Below are positions 49,872 to 59,355 of a stretch of 64,000 bases of DNA, one piece after another. Position 1 is the first letter of the stretch. The number at the start of each line of letters is the position of its first letter. Under the pieces are notes generated by a model. That model worked only from the letters and a program-made list of their open reading frames with translations, did no database searches and was not told where the DNA came from. A program made the translations under genes and the position numbers. Source of the DNA: an uncultured Anaerolineales bacterium (GTDB lineage Bacteria > Chloroflexota > Anaerolineae > UBA7937); contig CAYLIE010000005.1 of the NCBI GenBank assembly GCA_964383935.1, positions 24,566-88,565 of the forward strand, read 5' to 3'.

Positions 49872-52067
49872 TTATCCTTGTGCGGGTGCGAGGCGGAAAA
49901 AGTAGGGCAGAAACGGCTCCGGCGTCAACACGATCGACTCCAACTCAGAGCCTATCCAGGTTGTTTTTCCATCCTCCTCCCAGTCGCGGCCCGCTATCAA
50001 GTCATGCAGGCAGTAGGTCACCTCGGGCGCCAGGATGTCAAGTGGCACATCGAACCTGTGGCTGCATTTCTCCGGCCAAAAATTAACCAAGCCCCAGGCC
50101 AACTCATCCCTGTAACGGCGGACGACGCTGAACATCCATTCGTTCTGACAACGGATCACGTTGAACAACCTCTCGCCGCGCAGGATGGCTGGCGAGGTAT
50201 TACGAGCGGCGAAGAGGCGTCGGAGAAACTCTTCCTGACCTCTCTCCTGCCCGCTCCAGATCATGGGCACAAAGCCGGCCAACACCAGAGCCCCGAGCAG
50301 CGCCTGCTCACCGCGGGCTCCCCGCAGGGCGTAGGCTGGTGGGTGAAAGCCCCGAGTGTCATGGGTCTCCGTGAAGGCCACACGGACCGCGTCGCCGGGC
50401 ATCACCGCCCAGTAGTCATCCAGCCAGCGGCTGAAGGCGGCCGCGCTAAGGCGGCCAGAGAGGAGCTGATAGGCTTGGCTGACCACTATGTAGTCACAGG
50501 CTAGATCGTGGTTGTGGACGAACAAGGGGCCGAAGAGCTCGCACATGAGCGCCGCGTCGGGCGAGACCGCTTTCACGCCGTCCTGCAAGCGATCCAGGAA
50601 GGAGGTGATCCCCAGATTGGTATGACTGGCATGATAGGATATGGTTTGGTCCCAGTTCGGCTCCTTGCCATGGGGTGCATCCACTCGGAAGCCGTCAAAG
50701 CCGTATCGGCGCATGAGATCGAGACTCCACCTGAGCATGTATTCTTGATACTCAGGGTTGGCCCAGTCGAAGGAGTAGGTGTCGTTCCAGCCGTGGGACG
50801 AAACCAAGCTCCCCGCTTCATCGCGACAGAACCATTCCGGGTGCTCCCTTACATAGCGAGCATCGATAGCGCAGCCCTGGGCGACCAAATCGAGCAGCAC
50901 GCGCAGGCGGCAAGCGTGGGCTTTTTCCACCAGATAGCGAAAGTCGTCACCAGAGCCAAGGGTGGGCTCCAATTGCTCAAAGTCACGGATGGCATAGGGA
51001 CTGCCGCTGGCCTTCCAATTCTCGTCCCAAGCCCGACCGCTCCGGTTATCGTAGCACCAGATAGGCATCAGGTAGAGCACGGTCACTCCCATCGCCGCCA
51101 AAGAGGGCACCGCGTCAGCCAGCCCCCGAAACCCACCGAACTGGCCAGGATGCACTTCGTAGATAACAGCTTCCTGGACCCAGTCTGGTGGATCGCCGTA
51201 GCGAGTAGGTAGAACACCGGCGATGTGGTAATACGCTCGGTACGCCGCCAGAGCGCTGGCCCAATCCCCTTCATGCAGCAGGATGTACTGTGTACCCCCC
51301 TCCAGCGTCGCACCAGGCTTTAGCCAGCCGGCCAGATGACTGTCGTGCCACAAATCGAGGCCTGGGCCGTTGCCGGCCACTCGCGGACCTGCCTCTTCAA
51401 CATCACTGTGGTACCAGAGCATCAGGGTTTGCTGAAGCACGGGGTTATGAAGGGCCAATAGACCAGGTGTAGCGTCTGGTGCATCTTCCAGCGCCATCCC
51501 CCAGCGCGCCCGAGCTGCCGGCGCGAAGTCGTCGCTAGGGCCTATATCGAGATCCTCCTGGGCTGCAAGGGCCATCGGAATGCGGGGCCTCACTGCAGTG
51601 GCCGGGGCTTCAAATAAGCAGTCAGCCGGGTCGCCGATCAGCACACCGGGCAGGCAAAACCGTATGGCGGTCAATTGTAGCTCCAGATCGCCCTGGTTCT
51701 CGACCGTCATCCGGCGGGCGATGAGGTTCCCCATCACCTGATAGCGATCGTCCAGTCGCAGCGGGCCCAGGTCGATGAGGATGGAGAGGAGGTCATCACT
51801 AGCCAGATGATCGACATACAACCGCTGGTGCAGGCCCGAAAGCCACACATCCACCCCTTCCCAGCGCAGTCGAGCATCGACCGAGGCGACAGGAGCACCC
51901 CATCCCGCGACCGACTCACTCCAGCCAGCGCCGCGCAAGGTACGTAAGACACCGCTCAGCGACGAAAAGGCAAGTTCGATCCCACCAGCAGTCCAGTTTA
52001 CTACTGGGGTTGCCGTGGTGTCTCTCAAAGCAGGTCCTTCATCCGATGGGTTCATGCATACTGGCAC
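49872..52067 (-). CDS. GH13 alpha-amylase family protein with long N-terminal extension
   Basis: GVTVLYLMPI, SPYAIRDF, DGFRVDAPH (Asp), LMCELFG (Glu), FTETHD (Asp); about 290 extra N-terminal residues. Confidence 0.88.
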   Translation of the reverse strand: MPVCMNPSDEGPALRDTTATPVVNWTAGGIELAFSSLSGVLRTLRGAGWSESVAGWGAPVASVDARLRWEGVDVWLSGLHQRLYVDHLASDDLLSILIDLGPLRLDDRYQVMGNLIARRMTVENQGDLELQLTAIRFCLPGVLIGDPADCLFEAPATAVRPRIPMALAAQEDLDIGPSDDFAPAARARWGMALEDAPDATPGLLALHNPVLQQTLMLWYHSDVEEAGPRVAGNGPGLDLWHDSHLAGWLKPGATLEGGTQYILLHEGDWASALAAYRAYYHIAGVLPTRYGDPPDWVQEAVIYEVHPGQFGGFRGLADAVPSLAAMGVTVLYLMPIWCYDNRSGRAWDENWKASGSPYAIRDFEQLEPTLGSGDDFRYLVEKAHACRLRVLLDLVAQGCAIDARYVREHPEWFCRDEAGSLVSSHGWNDTYSFDWANPEYQEYMLRWSLDLMRRYGFDGFRVDAPHGKEPNWDQTISYHASHTNLGITSFLDRLQDGVKAVSPDAALMCELFGPLFVHNHDLACDYIVVSQAYQLLSGRLSAAAFSRWLDDYWAVMPGDAVRVAFTETHDTRGFHPPAYALRGARGEQALLGALVLAGFVPMIWSGQERGQEEFLRRLFAARNTSPAILRGERLFNVIRCQNEWMFSVVRRYRDELAWGLVNFWPEKCSHRFDVPLDILAPEVTYCLHDLIAGRDWEEDGKTTWIGSELESIVLTPEPFLPYFFRLAPAQG

Positions 52068-52361
52068 TCAACAAACGACTGCCGAACCATATCCGCTCCT
52101 CAGCGGCGGTGGTTGCCAATGCAGACCTGCCTACCAGGCCGAAGTTGCGGGGAGTGTAGACCTGCCGCCATCTCCTCATCCAACGCGCTCACACCATCGA
52201 GAGGCAGGCTCCTCAAACCCTCGCCATCACCAGCAGATAGGAAAGCCATTTTCAACAATTCCATTCTAGAGCCATCCCTCTCTCCCACAGAGAGAGGATC
52301 GGAGAGCCAAGGGCTGCAGCCTTTCTTCTTCCGATCCTCTTTCGTGGAAAGCACCAATGGC

Positions 52362-53282
52362 CTAGCCCTTCACGGCCCCCAGGGTCAGCCCGGAGATAAG
52401 CCACTTGGAGGAATAGAGGAACAGGGCCATGACGGGGATCATGATCAATATCGAGGCGGCGGCGAAATTGCCCCACTCCACACGGAACTGGCCCGCCAGG
52501 GTCCAGATCCCCAGCGTCCAAGTGAACATCTCCGCTTTCTGCAACATGATGCGGGCCAGCAAGTAGTCGTTCCAGGCCATCATGAAGTTGAAAAGGAAGA
52601 CGATGGCCAGGGCTGGGGTGGAGAGAGGCAGGATGACGCGGTAATAGGCCATTATCCTTGAGGCTCCGTCGATCAACGCCGCCTCTTCAAGGTCAATAGG
52701 AATGGTGTCGTAATAGCCCTTCAGGATCCAGATGCTGAAGGGCACCGAGCTCACAGAGTAGGCGATAGCCAGGCCCCGGTAGCTGTTGATCAGGCCCAGG
52801 CGAGCCGCCAGGATGTAGATGGGCACCATGAGCATGGCCGCCGGGATCATCTGGGTGGTGAGGAGGAAGAGCAGGCCCGGCCCCCGGCCGGGGAACTTCC
52901 AGCGGGAGAAGGCATAGGCCCCGGTGGCCGCCAGGATGACGCCGACGATGGCCGTGGTCACGGTGACGATTAGGCTGTTCCACAGCCACAGCAGAAAGTC
53001 CTTCTCGAAGATCACCGTGGAATAGGCCTGCAGGGTGGCGTCTGCAGGGATGATAGCCAACGAGGTGGACAGCAACCGGTCGCCAGGCCGTAGGGAGACG
53101 CTGATGACCCGCAGCACGGGGTAAACGGCGATGGCGCAGGAGAGGATCAGAACCAGGTGGATCAGGAGCCGCTTGAAGGGGCTATCTCCCCGACCGGCAC
53201 GGAAGAAGCGGGACAAAGCACTCCTTTGTCGGATTTGAGTCTGGGCCAGAGTTCTTTGCAGAGTTTCAACCGTGGTGCTCAT
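52362..53282 (-). CDS. malG: Maltose/maltodextrin ABC permease (MalG-like)
   Basis: KGYYDTIPIDLEEAALIDGAS EAA loop; TQMIPAAMLMVP. Confidence 0.9.
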   Translation of the reverse strand: MSTTVETLQRTLAQTQIRQRSALSRFFRAGRGDSPFKRLLIHLVLILSCAIAVYPVLRVISVSLRPGDRLLSTSLAIIPADATLQAYSTVIFEKDFLLWLWNSLIVTVTTAIVGVILAATGAYAFSRWKFPGRGPGLLFLLTTQMIPAAMLMVPIYILAARLGLINSYRGLAIAYSVSSVPFSIWILKGYYDTIPIDLEEAALIDGASRIMAYYRVILPLSTPALAIVFLFNFMMAWNDYLLARIMLQKAEMFTWTLGIWTLAGQFRVEWGNFAAASILIMIPVMALFLYSSKWLISGLTLGAVKG

Positions 53283-54298
53283 TCGTACACCCCCTTTAGC
53301 CCGCCTGTCACCCGGATGTACGCCACGGCGAAGGCGAAGAGGAACAGAAAAGTGACCAGCCCAAAGGCAGCCGAGAAGCCGTAGCGATTGTACTCAAAGG
53401 CCGCTCGGAACAGCGCTGTGACTAGGATGTCCGTGGTCTCCAGCTCGTTCCGGTTGATCAGGTAGGGGACGTTGAAGTTGTTGAAGGTCCAAATGACGCC
53501 CAGGATGATGGCTGGCGTGAGCACGGGCCGTAGCATGGGCAGGGTGATAGCCCGGAACTGTTGCACCGCTGAGGCACCGTCCATCTCCGCCGCCTCGTAG
53601 AACTCCGAGGGGATGCTCTGCAGCCCGCCCAGGATGATGACCATCATGAAGGGGATACCCAGCCAGATGTTGGTGATGCAGGCGGCGGCGAAATTCCAGA
53701 AGGGATCGGCCATCCATTGGATGGGTTGCAGCCCCACGCGTTGCAACATCACATTGATAAACCCGTACTCAAAGTGAAACTCCCCCCGCCAGGCCAGCAC
53801 GGCGATGATTTGCGGGATGGCCCAGGGGAAAATAATAAGGGTGCGATACAGGCCTCGTCCTCGCATGGGACGGTTGAGGAGCAGGGCCAGCCCCATCCCC
53901 CCTACTACGTGGAAGACCACGTTGATGGCCGTCCACAGAATCGTCCGCCCCAGGACGGGGAAAAATTTGGCCTGCTTCAACACAGGTTTGGTGAAGACCC
54001 AGCGCAAGTTGTCTATGCCCTGCGCCAGGCTCAGGGTGTACTCGCGGAAGTGGCGCAGGCTCATGTTGGTGAAGGCCAGCCGAACTTCGTAGCCGATGGG
54101 GTAGACGACCAGCAGGGCCAGGCCGACGGCGGCCGGTGCCAACAACATGTAGGGCAGCGTGTACTTGCTCTTAAGGGCCTTCCCCAAAACCAGATAGATG
54201 ATGACCTCGAGGACCAGGGTGCCAAGGAGGGTGAAGACGACCATGCTGCCCACCTGTCCCAGGCTCTGGGCGATGACCTCACCGGTTAACGGCCCCAT
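53279..54298 (-). CDS. malF: Maltose/maltodextrin ABC permease (MalF-like)
   Basis: LQSIPSEFYEAAEMDGA; TFNNFNVPYL. Confidence 0.9.
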   Translation of the reverse strand: MGPLTGEVIAQSLGQVGSMVVFTLLGTLVLEVIIYLVLGKALKSKYTLPYMLLAPAAVGLALLVVYPIGYEVRLAFTNMSLRHFREYTLSLAQGIDNLRWVFTKPVLKQAKFFPVLGRTILWTAINVVFHVVGGMGLALLLNRPMRGRGLYRTLIIFPWAIPQIIAVLAWRGEFHFEYGFINVMLQRVGLQPIQWMADPFWNFAAACITNIWLGIPFMMVIILGGLQSIPSEFYEAAEMDGASAVQQFRAITLPMLRPVLTPAIILGVIWTFNNFNVPYLINRNELETTDILVTALFRAAFEYNRYGFSAAFGLVTFLFLFAFAVAYIRVTGGLKGVYE

Positions 54299-54299
54299 A

Positions 54300-54333
54300 G
54301 CAGATCTCCCTTAAAAGCAGATCTCCCTTAAAA
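54300..54333 (+). repeat. Perfect 17-bp tandem duplication covering the malF ribosome-binding site
   Basis: GCAGATCTCCCTTAAAA at 54300-54316 and again at 54317-54333. Confidence 0.95.
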
Positions 54334-54339
54334 CGTATA

Positions 54340-54378
54340 GGTACGAGGAACGAGGGAACTCCCCCCGTTCCTCGTACC
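54340..54378 (-). other. Strong intercistronic stem-loop between malE and malF
   Basis: 13-bp perfect stem GGTACGAGGAACG/CGTTCCTCGTACC, extendable by GGGG/CCCT on the minus strand. Confidence 0.85.
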
Positions 54379-54393
54379 AGCTTGCATGGCTCT

Positions 54394-55638
54394 TTACTCC
54401 AGGGCCTCGATGCAGGCTTCAGCGGCTGCCTGCATGGCGGCCGCGGCGTCCTCCGCACTCCTGGTATCAGCCAACACCGCCTGCATCTCAGGCTTCATAG
54501 CGTCCCAGTTGCAGCGCATCTCCAGCACCGTGGGCATGGGCGTGCCGACCACCATCTGATCCGCCGAGCCCTTGAGGAGCGGGTCGCCGGTGATCAACGG
54601 GTCGTCCAGGGCTTCCTTCAGAGCCGGCAGGCGCTTCAGCAGCGTGACCTGCTCCAGCTGCTTCTCCTTGGTGGTCACGAAGTTGATGAACTCCTTGGCC
54701 GCCTCCAGCTTGTCGCCGGTAACCTCCTTAGCCAGCATGAAGTACACGCCGCTGGTGTAGGGCTTAGGCCACTCGCCCGTGGCCACGACCAGGGGGATGC
54801 GAGCCACGCCCAGGTCATCGCCCAGCACATCCTTGTAGCCGGTCAGCGACCAGTCACCGTTGATGATCATCGCCGCCTTACCCTCTTTGAAGAGGGTATC
54901 GGCGCCATCATAGTCGCTCTCCGGCGGGATGATCTGGGCGTCGTACTTCATATCGTGCAGGAACTGCAGCGTGGCGAGCATCTCCGGGGTGTCGAGGGTG
55001 GGAGTGACGCCATCCTCAGCGAAGACCTTGCCCTTGAAGCCCCCCAGCCAGGGCACCAGCCAGAAGGGCTCGGTCTGGTTCCAGACCAGGCCGTAGTTCT
55101 CGCCCGTGGTTTGCTCCTGGCCAATCGCGAATAGCTCGTCGGTGTCCTGGGGCGGCTCAGCGATGAGGCTCTTGTTGTAGAGAAGCATCAGGTGGTTGCC
55201 GTTGGAGATGGGCACCCCCCAGTGCTTGCCCTCCAGCTCCACCGCCGCCAAGGCCGAGTCCACGAACACACCCAGGTCGAAGAGATCGTCCACCGGCTGG
55301 ATGATATCTGCGGCGGTGAAGGGCCCGGCGTGGTCGTTGACGGTCCACAGCATCTCCGGCGCGGCGCCGGCCAGGCTGGCCGTCTGGAAGTCCTCTCGCA
55401 GGACCTCGACATTCTCTTTCTTGACCAGCTCGATGGTGATGCCGGGATGGGTGGCGTTGAACTCATCCACCAGGGCCTGGTTCCAGTCCAGGGCCTCCTC
55501 GCCCTCCTTGGTCCAGAGGGTCAAGGTCACAGGAGCCACCGCCTCGGTGGGCGTAGGAGTCGCGGCTGGGGCACAAGCAACCACCACCAAGGCTAGGATC
55601 GCTAAAGCGCCCATCGCTGCCCCAATCCTTCTAATCAT
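54394..55638 (-). CDS. malE: Maltodextrin-binding lipoprotein (MalE-like)
   Basis: Lipobox VVVAC, Pro/Thr linker, NHLMLLYNK, FKEGKAAMIINGDW, GTPMP..LEM...WDAM. Confidence 0.9.
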   Translation of the reverse strand: MIRRIGAAMGALAILALVVVACAPAATPTPTEAVAPVTLTLWTKEGEEALDWNQALVDEFNATHPGITIELVKKENVEVLREDFQTASLAGAAPEMLWTVNDHAGPFTAADIIQPVDDLFDLGVFVDSALAAVELEGKHWGVPISNGNHLMLLYNKSLIAEPPQDTDELFAIGQEQTTGENYGLVWNQTEPFWLVPWLGGFKGKVFAEDGVTPTLDTPEMLATLQFLHDMKYDAQIIPPESDYDGADTLFKEGKAAMIINGDWSLTGYKDVLGDDLGVARIPLVVATGEWPKPYTSGVYFMLAKEVTGDKLEAAKEFINFVTTKEKQLEQVTLLKRLPALKEALDDPLITGDPLLKGSADQMVVGTPMPTVLEMRCNWDAMKPEMQAVLADTRSAEDAAAAMQAAAEACIEALE

Positions 55639-55801
55639 CTTTCTCCTCCTCTTGACTCGATATTACGTCACTCGGAGATTGGGCTCTCGGATGAGCCCGA
55701 AAGTAGGCGATACTCTTCGTTTCCCGATCATCCCCCCTTTCGTCGAGAAAATCTGCTTCCTTGCAGGAAGCCTATCCCATCGCACCGGGTATTTGAAAAC
55801 C

Positions 55802-55830
55802 ATTATAGCACAGAAGGGAAGCGCTAGCAA
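55802..55830 (-). promoter_or_regulatory. Promoter of the mal operon, with a possible LacI/CcpA-type operator over the -35
   Basis: TTGCTA (55830-55825), 17 nt spacer, TATAAT (55807-55802). GGGAAGCGCTAGCA (55816-55829) matches TGWAAGCGCTTWCA at 10/14. Confidence 0.65.
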
Positions 55831-55949
55831 TAGTCAGGTATCTCTGAGGCTGTGTTCACCACTTGGCACCTGACTCACCCCGCATAAGGTTCTCCCCAGG
55901 CTACCCTCCCCTGGCCTGCCACGGGCCAGGGGGCAGACTAGGGATGATA

Positions 55950-56530
55950 GGCCAGAGGGCCAGGGCCCGGCTTATCTCTTTTTCCCTCCAGAACACTAAG
56001 GGGGCCTCTTTGAACTTCCTAGAGTATCTCTTCTCCCATCTGGAGAGCCATGGCGCTCCCTTCGAGGAGACCATCCACCTCTCCCACCGGGATCCTGTAA
56101 GAACAGACCGCTTGGGGAGCCGAATATGGAGGCCATCAGACGAGAAGCGCGAAGCGATATGGCCAAGAGCTCAATCAACTCAAATTGAGAAGAACTCCTC
56201 TCTTCACTCACCTTCGCACCAGGAAGGGGAAACCGGAGGATAACGGCTTCGTGGAGCGGTCTCATCGCACCGATGATGAGGAGTTCTATCGCTTGGAGAA
56301 GCAAGGGTTCAAAAACCTCAAAGACTTCATGCTCAAAGCCTCTGAGTGGATCTACTACTACAACTACGACCGCTCTCACGATGGTTTAGGAGGGCCTGTC
56401 CTGGCTGGGTTAGGCCAGGGAAGAGCCCTGCTGAGGCTCTGAGGGAGATAGACCCAAAGTTGCCATCCTTACAGGATCCCGAGGGAAAAGAGATCCTCTT
56501 CTTGTCTCCCATCATCTTATACGTAAAGTA
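55950..56530 (+). mobile_element. Decayed IS481-like (rve integrase core) transposase fragment
   Basis: GKPEDNGFVERSHRTDDEEFY...WIYYYNYDRSHDGLGG in 56185..56442, plus out-of-frame flanking pieces (LNFLEYLFSHLESHG; PAEALREIDPKLP). No intact ORF or N-terminal HTH. Confidence 0.8.
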
Positions 56531-56645
56531 TCCCTGTGGGAGACGATAGAATCACTCTCCTAGGGGGTGGTACCGAGGTCTATGGACATTAAAGGCTGGT
56601 TGTACCTGCTGCCTGCTGCCGGCTTGGGCTCTCAATGTATAGGCT

Positions 56646-56678
56646 GAGCCCTGAACTTAGTATTCAGGGCTCTTTGTT
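56646..56678 (+). terminator. Rho-independent terminator-like hairpin
   Basis: GAGCCCTGAA-CTTAGTA-TTCAGGGCTC followed by TTTGTT. Confidence 0.7.
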
Positions 56679-57091
56679 GCCCTCGCGCTGGTCTCTTTGA
56701 GGCTCGGCTGGACGTCTTTGTCTCCGCGATGGAGCTGGGCGAGACACCCTGATCGAAAGTCCGATGGTCTTGGGAAGCATGCAAATTTCGGGGATTACTT
56801 GTAAACTTATCTTTTGATAGTGACTACTACGGTCGGGCGCATTCCTGTAAAAAGACTGTTCTGCCTGGCTGGTTTTGGAGCATCCATCCCGACTGAAGTC
56901 AAAGCAAGGTGCCCTGCAAAAAGAGGAAAGACTTCGTGGCCTTCGAGATTGTCGAGAAGATGTATCACACACGTAACAGCATAGTTCACGAAGGTCCGTT
57001 GCACTACGGAGATGCTGGTCATATACTGCCGTATGTGGGAGCACCTGGGTCTGGTGGCATCATAGGCTAGGGTCTAGCGTCCGCTTTATGG

Positions 57092-58450
57092 TCAAAGCGG
57101 CAATGTGAAGGATAAGGTAGCCCCCTCACCCGTACCACCTTCGGCCCAGACCCTTCCCCCATGGGCCTCCACCAGTTGCTTGACGATGGCGAGGCCCAAC
57201 CCGACTCCCCCAGTGGTCCGGGAGCGGGCCTTATCGCCACGATAGAAACGCTCGAAGACCAGGGAGAGTTCATCGGGGGCCAGCCCCGGCCCCTGATCTA
57301 TCACGTCCACCCGTACCACTTCCTCCATTCTCCTGGCCCTCACCGTGATGGTGCCCCCTGCCGGGCTATATCGTAAAGCGTTGCCCAGTAGATTGGACAG
57401 CACCTGGCCTATCCGTTGAGGGTCTATGCTCACCAGGGGTAAATCGGCCGGCAGGTCCTTGACTACCGTGACATCGTTCTTCTCTGCTCGTGGGGCTACG
57501 CCAGTCACGGCCCGGTCTACTAGAGAGGCCAAGTCCGTTGGCTCCCGCTCGATCCTCAACTGACCGGCCTCGGCCAGAGCCAACTCCTGCAAGTCGTCCA
57601 CCAATCGGGACAGAAGCACCGCTTCTTTCTGAATGGACGCGATATTCTCCTTTGTGGGCTCGAACACTCCGTCCAAGATGGCTTCCAGGTTACCTCGCAT
57701 CACGGACAGCGGGTTGCGTAACTCATGCGCTATGTCGGTCACCATATTCTGACGCAACTTCTCTGCTCGTGCCAGGTTCTCGGCCATCTGGTTGAAAGCC
57801 TGACCCAGTTGCCCGAGCTCGTCTTTGGACCTTATGTCCACCCTCTGATTTAGGTCGCCTCCAGCGATGCCCTGCGCGGCGACCGTCAACTTGCGCAGCG
57901 GGCCGGTCAGTTGCCACGTGAGGAAAAGGCCTAAGAGGATGGCTATGGCGCAGGCCAGGATGCCCACCGGCACGATGGCTAGATTTACCCGCTCTAGAAA
58001 CGCTTGTTCGAGCACGCTGAAGTCGTCCATCATGGGACTCGGCAAGAGGAAACCGACCTTTCGCCCTTCCACTTCGACAGGTATGCTGGTGACCAACTCA
58101 TCCTGGGAGAGTTGCTGGCCAATCTCGCCAGTTCGTGAGGCAGCGATGACCACTCCATTCGTGTCGGCTAACTGGAAGGACCATGCTCGGCCAACCTCTG
58201 GCCCGGCCTCACGGCCTATGCGAATCGGAGGCCAGGGGCGGAGAGAATCCACCTCTTCCCAACTACCTTGGCTAGCATAGTAGGCAGCCAGGGTTTCAGC
58301 AAATCCAGACCTCTCCGCGGCTCGGCTGCTACGCACGAAGCCCTGAAACCTGCTAGCCGTCACAAATCTGGTCATCAGGACTGATAACCCAACTGCGATC
58401 AGGGTGACGAGCACCAGAGCGGCTGTCAATCTGAACCATAGCCTGTTCAT
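57092..58450 (-). CDS. Sensor histidine kinase (HAMP-HisKA-HATPase, BaeS-like)
   Basis: Likely ATG at 58450. Two TMs, DELGQLGQAFNQM HAMP, AHELRNP H-box, NLLGNALRY, DQGPG, FERFYRGD, GLGLAI. Confidence 0.95.
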   Translation of the reverse strand: MNRLWFRLTAALVLVTLIAVGLSVLMTRFVTASRFQGFVRSSRAAERSGFAETLAAYYASQGSWEEVDSLRPWPPIRIGREAGPEVGRAWSFQLADTNGVVIAASRTGEIGQQLSQDELVTSIPVEVEGRKVGFLLPSPMMDDFSVLEQAFLERVNLAIVPVGILACAIAILLGLFLTWQLTGPLRKLTVAAQGIAGGDLNQRVDIRSKDELGQLGQAFNQMAENLARAEKLRQNMVTDIAHELRNPLSVMRGNLEAILDGVFEPTKENIASIQKEAVLLSRLVDDLQELALAEAGQLRIEREPTDLASLVDRAVTGVAPRAEKNDVTVVKDLPADLPLVSIDPQRIGQVLSNLLGNALRYSPAGGTITVRARRMEEVVRVDVIDQGPGLAPDELSLVFERFYRGDKARSRTTGGVGLGLAIVKQLVEAHGGRVWAEGGTGEGATLSFTLPL

Positions 58451-58454
58451 GAGA

Positions 58455-59132
58455 TCACTCCTCAAACTTGTAGCCTACACCGTAAACAGTCACGATGTGT
58501 CGAGGGTTCCGAGGGTCGGCTTCGATCTTCTGACGCAGGTTCTTGATGTGCGCGTCAATAGTGCGCTCATAACCTTCGTACGCGTATCCCTGGACTTGTT
58601 CCAGCAGTTGTAAGCGGGTAAAACTCCTCCCCACATCTTGCATCAGCACCGCGAGCAGGTCAAACTCGGTTGGCGTCAAATCTACAGGCTCTCCTTTGAC
58701 TGTTACCATATGACGGGAGAGGTCCGCAGTGATTTCCCCGCGAGAGATCACCTTCGGCTTGGGGGGCATGCCCTGAACCCGGCGCAGGACAGCACGCACC
58801 CGGGCTACCAACTCCCGGGGAGAAAAGGGTTTAGTCACGTAGTCATCGGCTCCCAGTTCCAACCCGATCAGTTTATCTGTTTCCTCGACCCGCGCCGTCA
58901 ACATGATGATGGGCACATCGGATTCTTTACGCAAAACACGACATACGTCCCAACCGTCCATCTCCGGCAACATCAGGTCCAAGACCACCAAGTCTGGCTT
59001 ATCGTGGCGAGCAATATGTAGCGCCGTTTGTCCGTCGTAGGCCACCATGACCCCAAAGCCTGCTTGCTTCAGATAGGCCCGCACCACTTTTACGATCCCG
59101 GGATCGTCATCCACCACCAGGACTTTGCTCAT
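58455..59132 (-). CDS. OmpR/PhoB-family response regulator
   Basis: LVVDDD, LDLMLP, LGADDYVTKPF, RTIDAHIKNLRQK, TVYGVGYKF. Confidence 0.96.
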   Translation of the reverse strand: MSKVLVVDDDPGIVKVVRAYLKQAGFGVMVAYDGQTALHIARHDKPDLVVLDLMLPEMDGWDVCRVLRKESDVPIIMLTARVEETDKLIGLELGADDYVTKPFSPRELVARVRAVLRRVQGMPPKPKVISRGEITADLSRHMVTVKGEPVDLTPTEFDLLAVLMQDVGRSFTRLQLLEQVQGYAYEGYERTIDAHIKNLRQKIEADPRNPRHIVTVYGVGYKFEE

Positions 59133-59355
59133 CAACCACCTCTAAGACGTTCCGTACTACTTTCTCCCAAGACAAAGGGAGATTACTTCATCATCGCTAT
59201 CCTGTCAAAGCACAGGCGAACTCGTGGGGAATATGGTTTGTGCCCAGCAGTCATCTTTTGGGTTGAGGATGTGGTACAATTCCTTGTCAGCCATAGGCTC
59301 ACTGATCTGCATTGTAAACGAGGTCTCCGACGAGATCACATCGCGCCCCATGAAA

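Noticed and set aside
52068-52361. Short ORFs and a CCTCTCTC/GAGAGAGG hairpin (52277-52297) between malG and GH13
   Set aside because: No recognisable coding signal, single copy, no U-tract; not enough to call a gene, REP element or terminator.
52362-55638. malEFG without malK
   Set aside because: Sugar ABC systems often use a shared, unlinked ATPase (MsmX/MalK-type); this is ordinary.
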